Shown here one piece after another: positions 1 through 9,479 of a stretch of 13,449 nucleotides of DNA. The stretch lies in the NCBI RefSeq assembly GCF_006345805.1, contig NW_021826140.1, positions 1 through 13,449 on the forward strand. Reading direction: 5' to 3'. This DNA comes from Octopus sinensis (lineage: Eukaryota). The notes below the pieces were generated by a model. That model ran no database searches and was not told where the DNA came from. It saw only the letters and a list, made by a program, of their open reading frames with translations. A program made the translations under genes and the position numbers. Every line of letters starts with the position of its first letter. Within the stretch, counting starts at the first letter, position 1.

Positions 1-2
1 TT

Positions 3-2520
3 AAGACAGATGCAAAGAAATATTTTATAGGGAAATTGGCAAAAATAAAATACACATAGAAGATCCACCTAAGATTGAGGAAGTGGAGGAGTTCTGGAAG
101 AAGGTATGGAGCAACGAAAAAGAGTTTAATGCTGAGGCTGATGGATAGAACGTGAGAAAGAGAGACTGGATGAACTTGAAGAACAGAAATGGGAAGCAAT
201 AGGAATAGATGAGCTAAGGTGTGTCCTTAGGAAGGCTCATAAATGGAAAACCCTAGGACTGGATCGGATCCCTAACTTCTGGCTGAATTGTTTGACAGAG
301 GTACACGAAAATGTCGCTGCATCTCTGTCTGATGTCATTCAGAACCCAGAGCAAATACCTGCTTGGCTGACTGAAGGAACCACCTACCTATTACCTAAAA
401 CTGAAGACACAAAAAACCCAAAGAATTACCGGCCAATAACATGTCTCAACACCACCTACAAAATCCTCACATCCATAATAACGGAGAGAATGTACGCTTT
501 CCTTGAACAAAACTCTATCCTTCCACAAGCTCAAAAAGGTTGTAAAAGAAGCTCTTATGGGTGTAAAGACCAATTGCTCATAAACAGAATAATTGTAGAG
601 AATTGCCGGAGCAAAAACAAAAACCTGAGTATGACATGGATAGACTACAGGAAAGCGTTTGACAGTGTCCCACATAAATGGATACTCAAGGCCCTTGAGA
701 TATAAAAGATCTCTCCTGTTGTCTCAAAATTCTTACAGAATAGCATGACCATGTGGAACACACGTCTCTTTCTAAGCCATAGTAATGGAATGAGCCAGTC
801 CAACAGCATCAACATCAAACGAGGCATCTTTCAAGGTGACTCCCTCTCTCCATTACTTTTTTGCATGGCACTGATCCCACTCTCAAACGAATTGGATAGT
901 ACCAGATATGGGTACAAAGTTTTTAGTAAGTCAATAAACCACCTTTTCTATATGGACGACCTAAAGCTGTTTGCCAGGTATGACCAAGAGCTAGAAGGGC
1001 TGCTAAAACTGTTAAAGAGTTAAAGAGTTTAGCAATGATATCGAAATGGATTTTGGCCTTGATAAAAGTGCTCTAAAGCAACTTTTGTAAGAGGCAAGCT
1101 CAGGCAATCAGCTTCTGTTAAATTAGATATTGACACTACCATCAAGGAACTTGACACCACAAGAAAGTTACAAATACCTAGGAATCAACGAAGGAGATGG
1201 TATATATCATGCTACTATGAAGGAAAAATAAGAAAGGAATACTATAGGAGATAGAAAAGGCTTGTACTGAAGACTGAACTCAACTCCAAAAATTGCATTG
1301 AGGCCATTAACACCCTGGCACTTCCAGTAGTCCAGTACAGTTTTAACATCATTAGCTGGAACCTTACGGAACTCCAACGCTTGGACAGGAAGACAAGAAA
1401 ATTACTGACATCCAAGAACATGCACCACCCTAAGGTAGATGTAGACTGCCTGTACCTACCTAGAAGCAGCGGGGGGGGGATGATGCAATTAGAGCTGTGC
1501 TATAAGACCTCCACTGTAGGAATGAACAGGTACCTATCTAGTACAAAGGACTGGATGCTGCGACTTGTGTGCGAACACGAAAGCAGCAAAAAGCTGCATT
1601 CTATTGTCAAGGAAGCTTATAAGTTCGACAGGGAACTAGACATTAACCTTGAATCAGATGAAGAGCCGGAAACCACTGCTACCAAGCAAGCAAAGCGAAT
1701 CAAGCAGACTGCAAAAAAGAACGGGCAGAATCAAATTGAGAGGCGGTGGAGCCAGAAGCCCCTGCATGGACAATATATTCTCCGAAGCCAAAATGCTGAT
1801 GTAGACCAAGCAACAACCCATCAGTGGCTGAAGAGTTCAGGATTGAAAGCAGAGACTGAAGGCTTCATACTGGCAGCACAAGATCAAAGCTTGTTTACCA
1901 GAAATTACCAGGCTAACGTTCTCCGAAACGGTACTGACCCTAAATGCAGATTCTGCGACACATTTGATGAAACTATAGACCATCTCGTTTTGGGATGTCC
2001 TGTTCTGACACCAAACGAATACAAAAATCGCCACGATAGGGTAGGACAGTATATACATTGGAAGATATGTAGATATGTAAACACTACAAATTCGGCACTA
2101 CTGCTAACTGGTATGAACACCATCCTCAGCCAGTTGTTGAAGGTAAAAATGTCACCATCCTCTGGGATTTTCCAGTCAACACTGACAGAACGATCAAGGC
2201 TAATCGACCAGACATAATCGTTAAAGACAGGGAAGAAAATACCTGCAGACTAATAGAGGTAAGCGTCCCCACTGATAAAAATATATCTGTAAAGGAATTT
2301 GACAAACTTAGTAAATATAAGGGCCTGGAAATCGAAATACAAAAGATGTGGAATCTTAAAACAAAAACTGTTCCTGTTATTGTAGGTGCCCTAGGTATGA
2401 TAAAAAAAGGGATGTCAGAAACACCTAGACAATATCCCTGGAGAACCATGTCTCAAGGAAATCCAAAATATTGTGCTAACAAGTACTGCCCACATCCTTA
2501 GAAAAACCCTATCAATGTAA
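3..2520 (+). pseudogene. Disrupted RT-zinc knuckle-RLE polyprotein ORF of the LINE
   Basis: KWKTLGLDRIPNFWL (RT domain 0-like), NYRPITCL, DYRKAFDSVPH, QGDSLSP (832-852), catalytic YMDD (949-960), YKYLG (1169-1183), C-x2-C-x8-H-x4-C (1945-1998), RHD (2029-2037), RPDIIV (PD at 2208-2213), IEVSVP, DKLSKY (2301-2318), ending STAHILRKTLSM*. In-frame stops at 703-705 and 1252-1254. About eight frameshifts (near 141, 1008, 1019, 1073, 1159, 1228, 2071, 2415). ORF-track entries 292-705, 745-1023 and 1381-2217 are pieces of it. Confidence 0.92.
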
Positions 2521-2601
2521 ATGTTTGTGTTGTATTACATGGAGATATTTCTCTACTTCCCCTCGCCAAGCTTTCAGCTATATTTCAACAACTCTTAACC
2601 T

Positions 2602-2640
2602 TCACTTGCCCTAGGGCGCTGGGTGTGCTCCGGCAAGTGA
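2602..2640 (+). other. 3' UTR stem-loop of the LINE
   Basis: TCACTTGCC (2602-2610) pairs perfectly with GGCAAGTGA (2632-2640). Inner GGGCGC/GTGCTC stem (two G-U pairs) closes a TGGGT loop. CTA/C internal loop. Confidence 0.7.
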
Positions 2641-2673
2641 TTGCATCAAACATGCAGATTAAAAGCAAATGAC

Positions 2674-2744
<71 letters not shown>

Positions 2745-2784
2745 TAATAATAATGATAATAATAATAATAATAATAATAATAAT
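2674..2784 (+). repeat. (AAT)n microsatellite: LINE 3' terminus / target site
   Basis: About 37 AAT units with two GAT variants, directly after the 3' UTR. Confidence 0.97.
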
Positions 2785-2856
2785 TGTTGTCTCTTGAGGT
2801 CTCTGGGTGAGACTTGGAGCCAACTTGTACAGACATAAAGCAAAAGTCAAACATAG
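2785..2856 (+). mobile_element. 72-bp extremely 5'-truncated 3' end of a second, related R4/Dong-like family inserted in the (AAT)n array
   Basis: Unique 72 bp flanked on both sides by AAT repeats. Carries the same hairpin architecture and TGGGT loop as 2602-2640, and an AAAGCAAA motif just before its AAT tail, as in the first element. Confidence 0.7.
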
Positions 2857-2880
2857 AATAATAATAATAATAATAATAAT
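2857..2880 (+). repeat. (AAT)8 tail of the second insertion
   Basis: Direct reading. Confidence 0.95.
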
Positions 2881-2886
2881 TCTTAT

Positions 2887-2936
2887 TAGGCCTTGTGCCT
2901 ATTGTAGAAAAGATTATTATTATTATTATTATTATT
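2887..2936 (+). mobile_element. Probable 3'-terminal fragment of a third retroelement/SINE ending in (ATT)n
   Basis: AGGCCTTGTGCCTATTGTAGAAAAG followed by (ATT)8, with a small TAGGC-CTTGT-GCCTA hairpin. Resembles an octopus SINE tail as I recall it; not verified by search. Confidence 0.45.
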
Positions 2937-3223
2937 AATTTTATTTTCTTTCATTCATTCATTCAACACTGTTACTATAGATATTGAGTGCTTCCACTGC
3001 CTAACCGAATGAAACGGTGTTTGACTTGGGTACGTACATTCTATTATCATGTTTTATTACAATCTACTTTGTTTTATTTTTAGACAATTTCTATTGTGTC
3101 CAATGTAGTCTTCGAAATATGTATGCAGTGCTTATTAGCACCAATTTCTATATGAAGTGTATAAGTCCAACTCTAGGGTTTTACTGTTTGCCTGCTTTTA
3201 TTATTATTCATTATGTTATTATT

Positions 3224-3231
3224 ATCAATAC

Positions 3232-3268
<37 letters not shown>

Positions 3269-3269
3269 G

Positions 3270-3304
<35 letters not shown>

Positions 3305-3348
3305 GTTGTTGTTGCTGTTGTTGTTGTCGTCGTTGTTGTTGTTACTGA

Positions 3349-3399
<51 letters not shown>

Positions 3400-3405
3400 C
3401 AATAC

Positions 3406-3454
<49 letters not shown>

Positions 3455-3460
3455 GTCATA

Positions 3461-3491
<31 letters not shown>

Positions 3492-3682
3492 GTTGTTGTT
3501 GTTGTTGTTGTTGTCGTCGTTGTTGTTGTTACTGATATTATTATTATTATTATTATTATTATTATCAATACCATTATTATTATTATTATTATCATTATTA
3601 TTATTGTCATTATTATTATTATTATTATTATTATTGTTGTTGTTGTTGCTGTTGTTGTTGTCGTCGTTGTTGTTGTTACTGA

Positions 3683-3718
<36 letters not shown>

Positions 3719-3724
3719 CAATAC

Positions 3725-3758
<34 letters not shown>

Positions 3759-3838
3759 GTCATTATTATTATTATCATTATTATTATTATTGTTGTTGTT
3801 GTTGTTGCTGTTGTTGTCGTCGTTGTTGTTGTTACTGA

Positions 3839-3874
<36 letters not shown>

Positions 3875-3880
3875 CAATAC

Positions 3881-3911
<31 letters not shown>

Positions 3912-3979
3912 GTCATTATTATTATTATTATTATTATTGTTGTTGTTGTTGTTGTTGTCGTCGTTGTTGTTGTTACTGA

Positions 3980-4012
<33 letters not shown>

Positions 4013-4049
4013 CAATACCATTATTATTATTATTATTATTATTATATTG

Positions 4050-4084
<35 letters not shown>

Positions 4085-4130
4085 GTTGTTGTTGTTGTTG
4101 TTGTTGTTGTCGTCGTTGTTTTGTTACTGA

Positions 4131-4162
<32 letters not shown>

Positions 4163-4262
4163 TATTATATTATTATATTATCAATACCATTATTATTATT
4201 ATTATTATTATTGTCATTATTATTATTATTATTATATTATTATTTATTATTATTATTATTAT
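3224..4262. repeat. Higher-order (compound microsatellite) tandem repeat: 6 full units plus 1 partial, 138-174 bp each
   Basis: Unit = ATCAATACC-(ATT)n-GTC-(ATT)n-(GTT)n-GTCGTC-(GTT)4-ACTGAT-(ATT)n. Unit starts at 3224, 3398, 3564, 3717, 3873, 4011 and 4180. Confidence 0.95.
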
Positions 4263-4304
4263 TATATAATTGATTTTGTTATTCTTGGTATTGTTACAGG
4301 TATT

Positions 4305-4476
4305 CTTACAAATACTACAACTACTACTATTACTACTACTACTACTACTACTACTACTAATATTACTACTACTACTACTACTAATACTACTACAGCTACT
4401 GCTGCTAACGCTAATACTCCTGCTACTGCAACTGCTTCAACACGAACAACAACAACTACTACCACTACTACTACTT

Positions 4477-4515
<39 letters not shown>

Positions 4516-4640
4516 ATACTACTACTACTACTACCGTTATTATTGCTATTATTCTTATTATTGCTATTATCATTGCTATTTTCATTATTATTATTATTAT
4601 TATCATTATTATTATTATTATTATCATTATTTTTATTATT
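4305..4640. repeat. Degenerate (ACT)n grading into (ATT)n
   Basis: Direct reading; variants include ACA, GCT and AAT. Confidence 0.9.
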
Positions 4641-4764
4641 AATATAAGTTATTGATTTGAGGAGGACACAGACACCTGTAGGTGAGAAGATGGATGTGTA
4701 CTAATGGCGGCGGCGGTTGCTGTTACATATATGGGTTCGATTATATCAGGTGATGTAGCTCCCT

Positions 4765-4881
4765 CATCTCTCTCTGTCCTACTACTCCTTTCTCACTTTC
4801 TCACTACACCCTTCTGTGTGTGCCTCTCTCTCTCTCACTTTCTCACTTCAATAATCTCTCTTTCTTTCTGTCTCCCTTTTA

Positions 4882-4915
<34 letters not shown>
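4765..4915. repeat. CT-rich / (CT)n tract
   Basis: Direct reading. Confidence 0.85.
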
Positions 4916-5029
4916 TGAACGATCTCTGTCCATCATTGTTGTCAGTCAACTTTTAGTACACACCATTACGTTTGCTTGACTTCATTTTTTTTTCTGTACA
5001 TTTCTGACTCTATTTAATTTGGTTGCTAT

Positions 5030-5214
5030 GAGTATAAATATATAAATATGTATGTATGGGTATATACATATACATATATGCATATACATATATACATATA
5101 CATGCATGCACATATACAGATATATGTATGTATGTATATATATATATATATTATATATATATTATATATATATATATCTACATATATCTGTATATGTACA
5201 TATATATATATATA

Positions 5215-5274
<60 letters not shown>

Positions 5275-5277
5275 CAC
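5030..5277. repeat. (TA)n / TATG / TG compound microsatellite
   Basis: Direct reading. Confidence 0.9.
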
Positions 5278-5751
5278 GGGTTAGTATACACGCACGCTCC
5301 CATAAGGCCATGTATTTACACACACACACTTATACATTTATGAATGTATATATAAATACATGTGAACGCATATATTCTTATATCCATATATATATATAGT
5401 GAAACTCATCCCTACAGATATACATTCATTTATATTTGTAAATGGACGTACACGCACAACACACGTGCACACAAAAAGGAACACACACACCCATATACAG
5501 CCATATCTCGTTGCGTGTGGCTATTTGTTTGTGTATATACCTATGTATGTATAATATTGTGAGCTTGTGTTGCATATTGCATAAATAAGTGACAGTGTAA
5601 CCACAACAACAAACATACGTCCATTGAATCAGACTTTAGTACTCACTGTAACTAATGGAATACAAAGATTGTTGCGTACATTATATATTGTGTATATATT
5701 GTGTATAGTTTATACAGGTTTCACACAACAGGTATGATGCTCAGTGTATAC

Positions 5752-5838
5752 AAATATATATCTTAATATTTATATATAAATATATACGTATATATATATA
5801 TGTATATATATATATTATATATATATATATATATATAT
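5752..5838. repeat. (TA)n microsatellite
   Basis: Direct reading. Confidence 0.9.
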
Positions 5839-5961
5839 TCAAAAAGCAATAAAGATTCAAGTTAATTTAAATGAATTTACTTGAATATGGTACCTAACTT
5901 AGATGCCACCAAAAGAAAACTATTACTGTTTTAACAATACAGTAATGTGGGGTGATTATAA

Positions 5962-6162
5962 GCGAGAAAGAAGCAACAAGAATGGATAGGTTTTTAGTAC
6001 AATCGTTTCATACAAGGACAGGCTTTATTAAAAGTTGTAAAATTACAGCATATAACGTTTATATGCTGTAATTTTACAAATTTTTACAACTTTTAATAAA
6101 GCCTGTCCTTGTATGAAACGATTGTACTAAAAACCTATCCATTCTTGTTGCTTCTTTCTCGC
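5962..6162. repeat. 201-bp foldback palindrome (inverted repeat)
   Basis: 5962-6034 is the exact reverse complement of 6090-6162 (73 bp). 6035-6055 is the exact reverse complement of 6059-6079 (21 bp). 3-nt centre CGT (6056-6058). 10-nt extra ATTTTTACAA (6080-6089) in the right arm. Confidence 0.97.
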
Positions 6163-6163
<1 letters not shown>

Positions 6164-6241
<78 letters not shown>

Positions 6242-6243
6242 TA

Positions 6244-6295
<52 letters not shown>

Positions 6296-6441
6296 CGTGT
6301 GAGTGTGTCTATGTGTGTGTCTGTGGGTGTGTATGTGAGCATATATATATGCATATACATACATAGAGACACATGCACAAACATATATGTGCGTGTATAC
6401 TTATTAACAGACACATTGGTTACTATTTGTGTTTCTGTTAT

Positions 6442-6524
<83 letters not shown>

Positions 6525-6612
6525 TATATATATATAGGAGAAATAGATAGATACAGCGATAAATAGATACTTACATACAAAATGGTAATATATATATATA
6601 TATATATATATG
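6164..6612. repeat. Cluster of (TA)n, (TG)n and (CA)n microsatellites
   Basis: Long TA runs at about 6164-6292, 6465-6535 and 6590-6611, with short mixed spacers. Confidence 0.85.
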
Positions 6613-7034
6613 TGCCTTTTTACGCATCGCTATGCGCATGTATTTGCGTAAATATGTGTGCATGTGTGCATGTGTGCACGCGTGTGTTTCAAAGCATACA
6701 CTCAATGTCATGCACATGCATACATGCAAATATCTACGTGTCCTATAATGCACTAAGTGTAAATCTATTCATGACAGTTACCTAATTCAAACACCTTAAT
6801 TCTATTTCCAACGAGCACCCACACTAATACTTGGCAGCACATACACGCACACACTCACTCACTCCCATGCATTTTCATACATACAAACCATTGCGCAAGC
6901 GCTTACACGTGCACATACTTGCATATACAAAACCGAGCGAACGCGATTAACAGCCACATGTATTAAAATATGCATTCACAAATTCAAATGCTGCGAGGGG
7001 ACAGAGAGCGGATGCTGACACTAAAACAATAGAT

Positions 7035-7393
7035 GTATATATATATATATATATAAACATACATATACATATAGACATATATAAATATATATGCATATAT
7101 ACGTATATATATATATGTATGTATGTGAATCTATATGTATATATGTATATCATATATATATATATGTGTATATATATATAAATGCATATATAAATGCGTA
7201 TATGTATATGTATATATGTGTGCATACATGTATGTTTCCATATGTATTCATGTATAAGTCTATGTGTGTATGTATGTATGCATGTATAGAGCGGCGTGCA
7301 TATGCCTCTAATTACGTGTATGTGCGAGAGTGTTTTGTTATATGACACGCAGACATATTATATATATATATATATATATCTATACATACATAG

Positions 7394-7435
<42 letters not shown>

Positions 7436-7515
7436 AGAGAGAGAGAGGAGAGAGTAGAAAGAGAAAGAGAGAGAAGGGAAGAGAAATTGAGAGAAAGAGA
7501 TAGCTATATATATAT
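7035..7515. repeat. TA/TATG-rich microsatellite region ending in a GA-rich tract (7434-7500)
   Basis: Direct reading. Confidence 0.85.
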
Positions 7516-7754
7516 GCATGTGTGTATGCGCACTCATACATACATACACACACACACATATACCTACATACATACTTACTCGCATATATATGCTCACAGG
7601 AATTCACATGCATGAAAACAAAAAAATGCATTCCTGCCGTAGCAACTATACGTAAGATTTCATCCACTCATCGACCAATGCATAGAAATGAATTGGCTGT
7701 CGAACCAAAACCGGTTCCGAACAGTCTATGCATATACATGCACACACACACAAA

Positions 7755-7772
7755 TATATATACGTATATATA

Positions 7773-7821
<49 letters not shown>
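7755..7821. repeat. (TA)n microsatellite
   Basis: Direct reading; abuts the 3' end of the SINE copy at 7822. Confidence 0.9.
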
Positions 7822-7824
<3 letters not shown>

Positions 7825-7971
7825 CTTTACTGCCCTCAAGGGGCTAAACATAGAGGGGACAAACAAGAGCAGACAAAGGGATTAAGTCGATTACATCGAC
7901 CCAGTGCGAAACTGGTACTTTATTTATCGACCCCGAGAGGATGAAAGGCAAAGTTGACCTCGGCGGAACTT
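7822..7971 (-). mobile_element. tRNA-derived SINE family A, 5'-truncated copy (no A box; breaks off at the B box)
   Basis: Reverse complement aligns to about 9070-9222 (CCGCCGAGGTCAACTTTGCCTTTCATCC...GGGGCAGTAAAGAAA). Sits between TA arrays. Confidence 0.9.
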
Positions 7972-8005
7972 ATACATATATATACACATATATACATATA
8001 AATAC

Positions 8006-8048
<43 letters not shown>

Positions 8049-8364
8049 TATATACACATATACATATATATGTATGTATGCATGTATGTATTGATTTTTG
8101 ATTTTTCCAGTTTCAGCTAATGAGCTGTGGCCATGCTGGGGCACCGCCATTGTATGTATGTATGTATGTATATATATCTGTATTTGTATGCGCACGTGCG
8201 TGCACTTGTGCATATGTATACATTGTGCATACATACATATACATAAAATATATATATGTATATATATATACATACATAATATATACATATAATATATATA
8301 CATACATATATATATACATATATATATATATATATGTACATATATATATATATAATATAATATT

Positions 8365-8455
<91 letters not shown>

Positions 8456-8480
8456 TATATATATATGTATATATATATGT
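7972..8480. repeat. TA/TACA/TATG microsatellite field interrupted by a 60-bp tail fragment
   Basis: Direct reading. Confidence 0.88.
8090..8150 (-). mobile_element. SINE/LINE 3'-tail fragment (family B)
   Basis: Reverse complement GGCGGTGCCCCAGCATGGCCACAGCTCATTAGCTGAAAC matches 9499-9537 (23 of the first 24 nt identical). Ends in an (AAAAATC)2-type tail and lies within (GTAT)n. Confidence 0.75.
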
Positions 8481-8993
8481 ATAGTACGATTTTGCGGCCT
8501 ATCAGCCGTCATATTAGCCGTGTGCACTTGATACTTATGGCGTTGCCTATGACATTATGGTGTGGTAATACAGAATGCGGATCATTTTTAGCCTGAATTC
8601 TTATTTTTAATCGAACTATTCATATGTGTGTGCATGTATGAATATCTGTATATTTATATGCACGGGGCATGTGTCCGATGTCTCTATGCTGTTATATAAG
8701 CCTTTTGGTTGAAGGACAAAAATACATTAATGCTAGACGTAACTAATCGATCTCTACGACAACGCTTTTCCGAACAATATGATGAATGCATTCTCATACA
8801 CTATTTACCTACCATCTTATCTCTTTGAACCTCGTGGTCGTGCGTAAAGGCTCACTTTGCAGCGATAATTGTGTTTTTGAGGAGGCGTAGCCCCATCCGC
8901 AAAAATTAATTTGTTTCTGAAAATTGTCTTTGTGTTACTGCGTGGAGGTATATGTTGTGTGTATGTATATGTGTCGGTGTGTATGTGAATTAG

Positions 8994-9222
8994 GCGGAGA
9001 GCTGGCAGAAACGTTAGCACGCTGGGTGAAATGCTTAGCGGTATTTTGTCTGCCGTTACGTTGTGAGTTCAAATTCCGCCGAGGTCGACTTTACCTTTCA
9101 TCCTTACGGGGTCGATAAATTAAGTACCAGTTACGCACTGGGGTCGATGTAATCGACTTAATACCTATGTCTGTCCTTGTTTGTCCCCTCTATGTTTAGC
9201 CCTTGTGGGTAATAAAGAAATA
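8994..9222 (+). mobile_element. tRNA-derived SINE family A, full-length copy with 18-bp TSD
   Basis: A-box-like TGGCAGAAACG (9003-9013), B-box-like GAGTTCAAATTCC (9065-9077). TSD GGTGTGTATGTGAATTAG at 8976-8993 and 9223-9240. Three further copies in the window. Confidence 0.95.
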
Positions 9223-9479
9223 GGTGTGTATGTGAATTAGTGTGTGTTTGTACGTGTGTATGTGTGTGTGCGTGTATTGTATATATATGTAAATGTGTGT
9301 GTGTGTACGTGCGTGGGAGTGAATGTATGTATGTATGTGCGTGTGTGTACAAATGTAGGGGTTTATATGTGTGTTTATATGTTTATATGTGTGTATATAC
9401 ATGCAGGCAGAAAATTGTCTTTGTTCCACTGGATTTACCACGGGCAAGAAGTATCAAGGTAGGAGAATAAGTCCTGAGG

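Larger units (their letters stand above)
1..2673 (+). mobile_element. Non-LTR retrotransposon with restriction-like endonuclease (R4/Dong-like clade). 3' part only; 5' end lies outside the window; degenerate.
   Basis: Conceptual translation gives RT, then CCHC knuckle, RHD and PD...E...KxxKY endonuclease motifs in the order typical of RLE-type LINEs. Stop at 2518-2520, then a ~150-bp 3' UTR running directly into (AAT)n at 2674. Clade call rests on motifs such as DRKTRKLLT and HPKVDVDCLYLPRSSGG plus the TAA-repeat terminus. Confidence 0.9.

Noticed and set aside
391-2449. Minus-strand ORFs overlapping the LINE (391-675, 645-827, 1837-2058, 1905-2123, 2126-2449)
   Set aside because: Shadow frames of the plus-strand RT/RLE coding sequence, with no motifs of their own.
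2595-2660. Self-cleaving ribozyme (hammerhead or HDV) in the LINE 3' UTR
   Set aside because: No CUGAnGA/GAAA core and no HDV double pseudoknot could be drawn. RLE-LINE ribozymes are normally at the 5' end, which is outside the window.
3084-3120. 37-nt micro-exon (DNFYCVQCSLRN, CxxC) after TTTTATTTTTAG
   Set aside because: Weak donor, too short to assess, and T-rich AG sites are common here.
3224-4262. CRISPR-like repeat/spacer periodicity
   Set aside because: The intervening DNA is microsatellite, not unique spacers. The context is eukaryotic and no cas genes are present.
5922-5946. ATTACTGT/ACAGTAAT 8-bp inverted repeat just upstream of the large palindrome
   Set aside because: Short and AT-rich, so plausible by chance; no evidence linking it to the palindrome.
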